Positions 62,301-64,000 of a stretch of DNA of 64,000 bases are shown here, in pieces. This stretch comes from Phallusia mammillata (lineage: Eukaryota). Numbering within the stretch: position 1 is the stretch's first letter; the number at the start of each line of letters is the position of its first letter. Both the position numbers and the translations under genes were made by a program. The notes under the pieces were generated by a model. The model was not told the DNA's origin and made no database searches. It worked only from the letters and a program-made list of their open reading frames with translations. The DNA lies in assembly GCA_965637545.1 (NCBI GenBank), contig OZ281498.1, positions 4,588,001 through 4,652,000 on the forward strand, read 5' to 3'.

Positions 62301-64000
62301 ATTATCAATAATTACACAGATGAGGTAAAAATACAAATAGATGACATTTGTGGATTTTTAATGGCCTTATTGGATAAGCTAAATTATATTAAAAAGGGCT
62401 TAGTTTTTGTCCCCCGACGTAAGAATAATAAACACACGTCCAGTTGCTTGATTAAAGTTTCGTTACAAATAAAAACAAGTTCACCTATTTTTGCAGAGTT
62501 TATCAGGTCGCCATGTAAATTTTGGTCATGTAAAAACAATCACCTATTTTCTCCCTAGGACGAGCCATTCGTTTTTGTGCACAACGATTCAGACGGAAAT
62601 GTAAAGTTTTCGGGATTTTCTATTGATCTTTTGCATATGCTTTCCGAAATGCTCGAGTTCCAATACGAGTTATATCAAGTTGCTGATCGCAAATACGGAG
62701 CATTTAAAAATGGCAAATGGAATGGACTGGTCGGTGACGTTGTTGGAAAGGTAAATTTAAAATGTGTAAGTTATAACTGTCTGCAATAATAAACTCCAAA
62801 AAATTAACTCGTTTTAGAAAGCTGACTTCGCAATCGCAGCAATGACCATTACACCACAGCGCGAGACAGTTGTGGATTTTACCAAGCGGTATATGGATTA
62901 TGCTGTTGGAATACTTATGAAAAAACCCAGGGTAAAATTTTACATTTTAAGTTATAAATAAACTTGTTTTGTAGAGAAATTAATTTTAGATTAGTCGTTA
63001 GCTTGGCGCTATAATTTACCAAACACGAAACTGTTATAGACTGTTACCAACCTGTTTGCGTTCTTGAACCCGTTTGACAACTCCGTATGGTATTCCATCA
63101 TCGCTGGACTCTTCCTAGTTTCAATACTTTTGTATGTGTTGAATCGAGTGTCGCCAAAACAGATGAGAGGACCGCCCTACCACGACACCTCACTCCATGG
63201 CACTTTCTGGTTTGTCTACAGCTCACTTGTACAACAAGGTAAATCTGCTCAGTGCTATATAATTGATGGTAGAGCCTCTAACACAGGGGCTCCCAACCTG
63301 TGGTACGCGTACCACTAGTGGTACGCGGAGGTTTTTCAGGTGGTACGCGAGTAGCTTCCGTTTTTTTCACAAAAATCAAAATACAGGTCATGCCAATTGT
63401 CAACAAGAAGCACAGTTGCTTCGAAAACCCGTATAACGCTATGGGACAGTGGGCGTTAATTATGTTGCTCTTGATAGATATCATCTACTGTTTTATAGAT
63501 TAAGCTACAAATGGCGTTGAATAGTGCTGGTTGTAAGCTCGGAATAATATGTTCAATAAAAGTAAAGGTTGGGAACCCCTCCGCTAACACCATCATATCT
63601 CACGTCACCCCACATTTAGCTAAATTTCGATAGGTTACGCAAATAGCTAAAATACTAGTTTAGGGTTGGAAAAATGTGTTTGAAAAGTTTACATTAGAAA
63701 CCAAGTTTTAAAGTTTGTTGTATTAAATTTTTTATAAAAACACCATCTTAACTAGGCCTTTGTGCTCTTTGCGCCACCTGTCAAAAATTCACTTGTGCAG
63801 CTAAAATGAGTTATGGTTTTAGTAGATTTTCCGCAATTGACAGGTGTGTAGGCAGGTGGTTGTTTTAACACCTATCGAATTTTAATAAAGGTACAGATAT
63901 GAACTTGGTTACTTTGTCCTCGCAAATCGTCACTGGGGTTTGGTGGTTTTTTATTCTTATTATCATCTCATCCTACACCGCCAACCTGGCAGCGCATCTT
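56377..64000 (+). CDS. GRID: Ionotropic glutamate receptor, delta (GluD)-like; partial, continues beyond the window
   Basis: Signal exon 56377-56437 ([21 protein letters not shown]). ATD exons run from 58440. S1: TFRVATVE|[25 protein letters not shown] (62559-62750) and [33 protein letters not shown] (62818-62931). M1/M2: [21 protein letters not shown] (63040-63238). M3: [10 protein letters not shown] (63891-64000). FTxRYMDY and WFVY are GluD-type signatures. Confidence 0.88.
57050..57511. mobile_element. hAT MITE with CCCGAACCCGG subterminal arrays, in GRID intron 1
   Basis: Perfect 12-bp TIRs CAGAGTTGCAAG / CTTGCAACTCTG. Perfect TSD GTTTTGAT at 57042-57049 and 57512-57519. Confidence 0.93.
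57546..57747. mobile_element. Short hAT MITE in GRID intron 1
   Basis: Ends CGGGGGTCGGCAAC / TTTGCCGACCACGG. Perfect TSD TGATAGAG at 57538-57545 and 57748-57755. Confidence 0.85.
63284..63581. mobile_element. hAT MITE in the GRID intron between M2 and M3
   Basis: Ends CAGGGGCTCCCAACCT / AGGTTGGGAACCCCTC. TSD CTCTAACA / CGCTAACA (7/8). Subterminal GTGGTACGCG repeats. Confidence 0.85.
63585..63820. mobile_element. Degenerate relative of the 32616 long-TIR MITE
   Basis: Starts TAACACCAT..CTCACG, contains TTCGATAGGT..CGCAAA and GCTCTTTGCGCCACCTGTC. The right end is uncertain. Confidence 0.5.

Overview
This is AT-rich, intron-rich eukaryotic (animal) genomic DNA with compact 60-300 bp introns. 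It is probably an invertebrate chordate such as an ascidian (inference only). Splicing by eye supports eight protein-coding genes. (1) A type-I membrane mucin-like gene (+, 905-6866) with a ~52 x 72-bp Thr/Glu repeat exon, EGF domains, a SEA-like domain and a TM segment. (2,3) Two tandem prolyl 4-hydroxylase alpha paralogs (-, 8852-13625 and 15549-19564): one canonical, one clearly diverged. (4) A flavin-containing monooxygenase (+, 20341-23426). (5) A second paralogous membrane mucin (+, 25657-29168). (6) A MYT1/MYT1L/ST18-family C2HC zinc-finger gene (-, 31168-37184), with an ~11 kb gene-free interval upstream. (7) An unknown, largely disordered protein (-, ~48118-54265) with a splice-junction-built PP1 RVxF motif. 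(8) A delta-type ionotropic glutamate receptor (+, 56377 to beyond the window end). Many non-autonomous hAT-type MITEs with 8-bp TSDs are present. There is no prokaryotic system, CRISPR array, rRNA or tRNA. The most interesting signals are: furin-site-containing SEA-like domains in both mucins, the asymmetrically diverged P4HA copy, the orphan PP1-docking protein, the non-canonical M3 gate ([10 protein letters not shown]) of the GluD-like receptor, and two MITEs stacked on one triplicated target site. All gene models are manual and exon edges may be off by a few bases.
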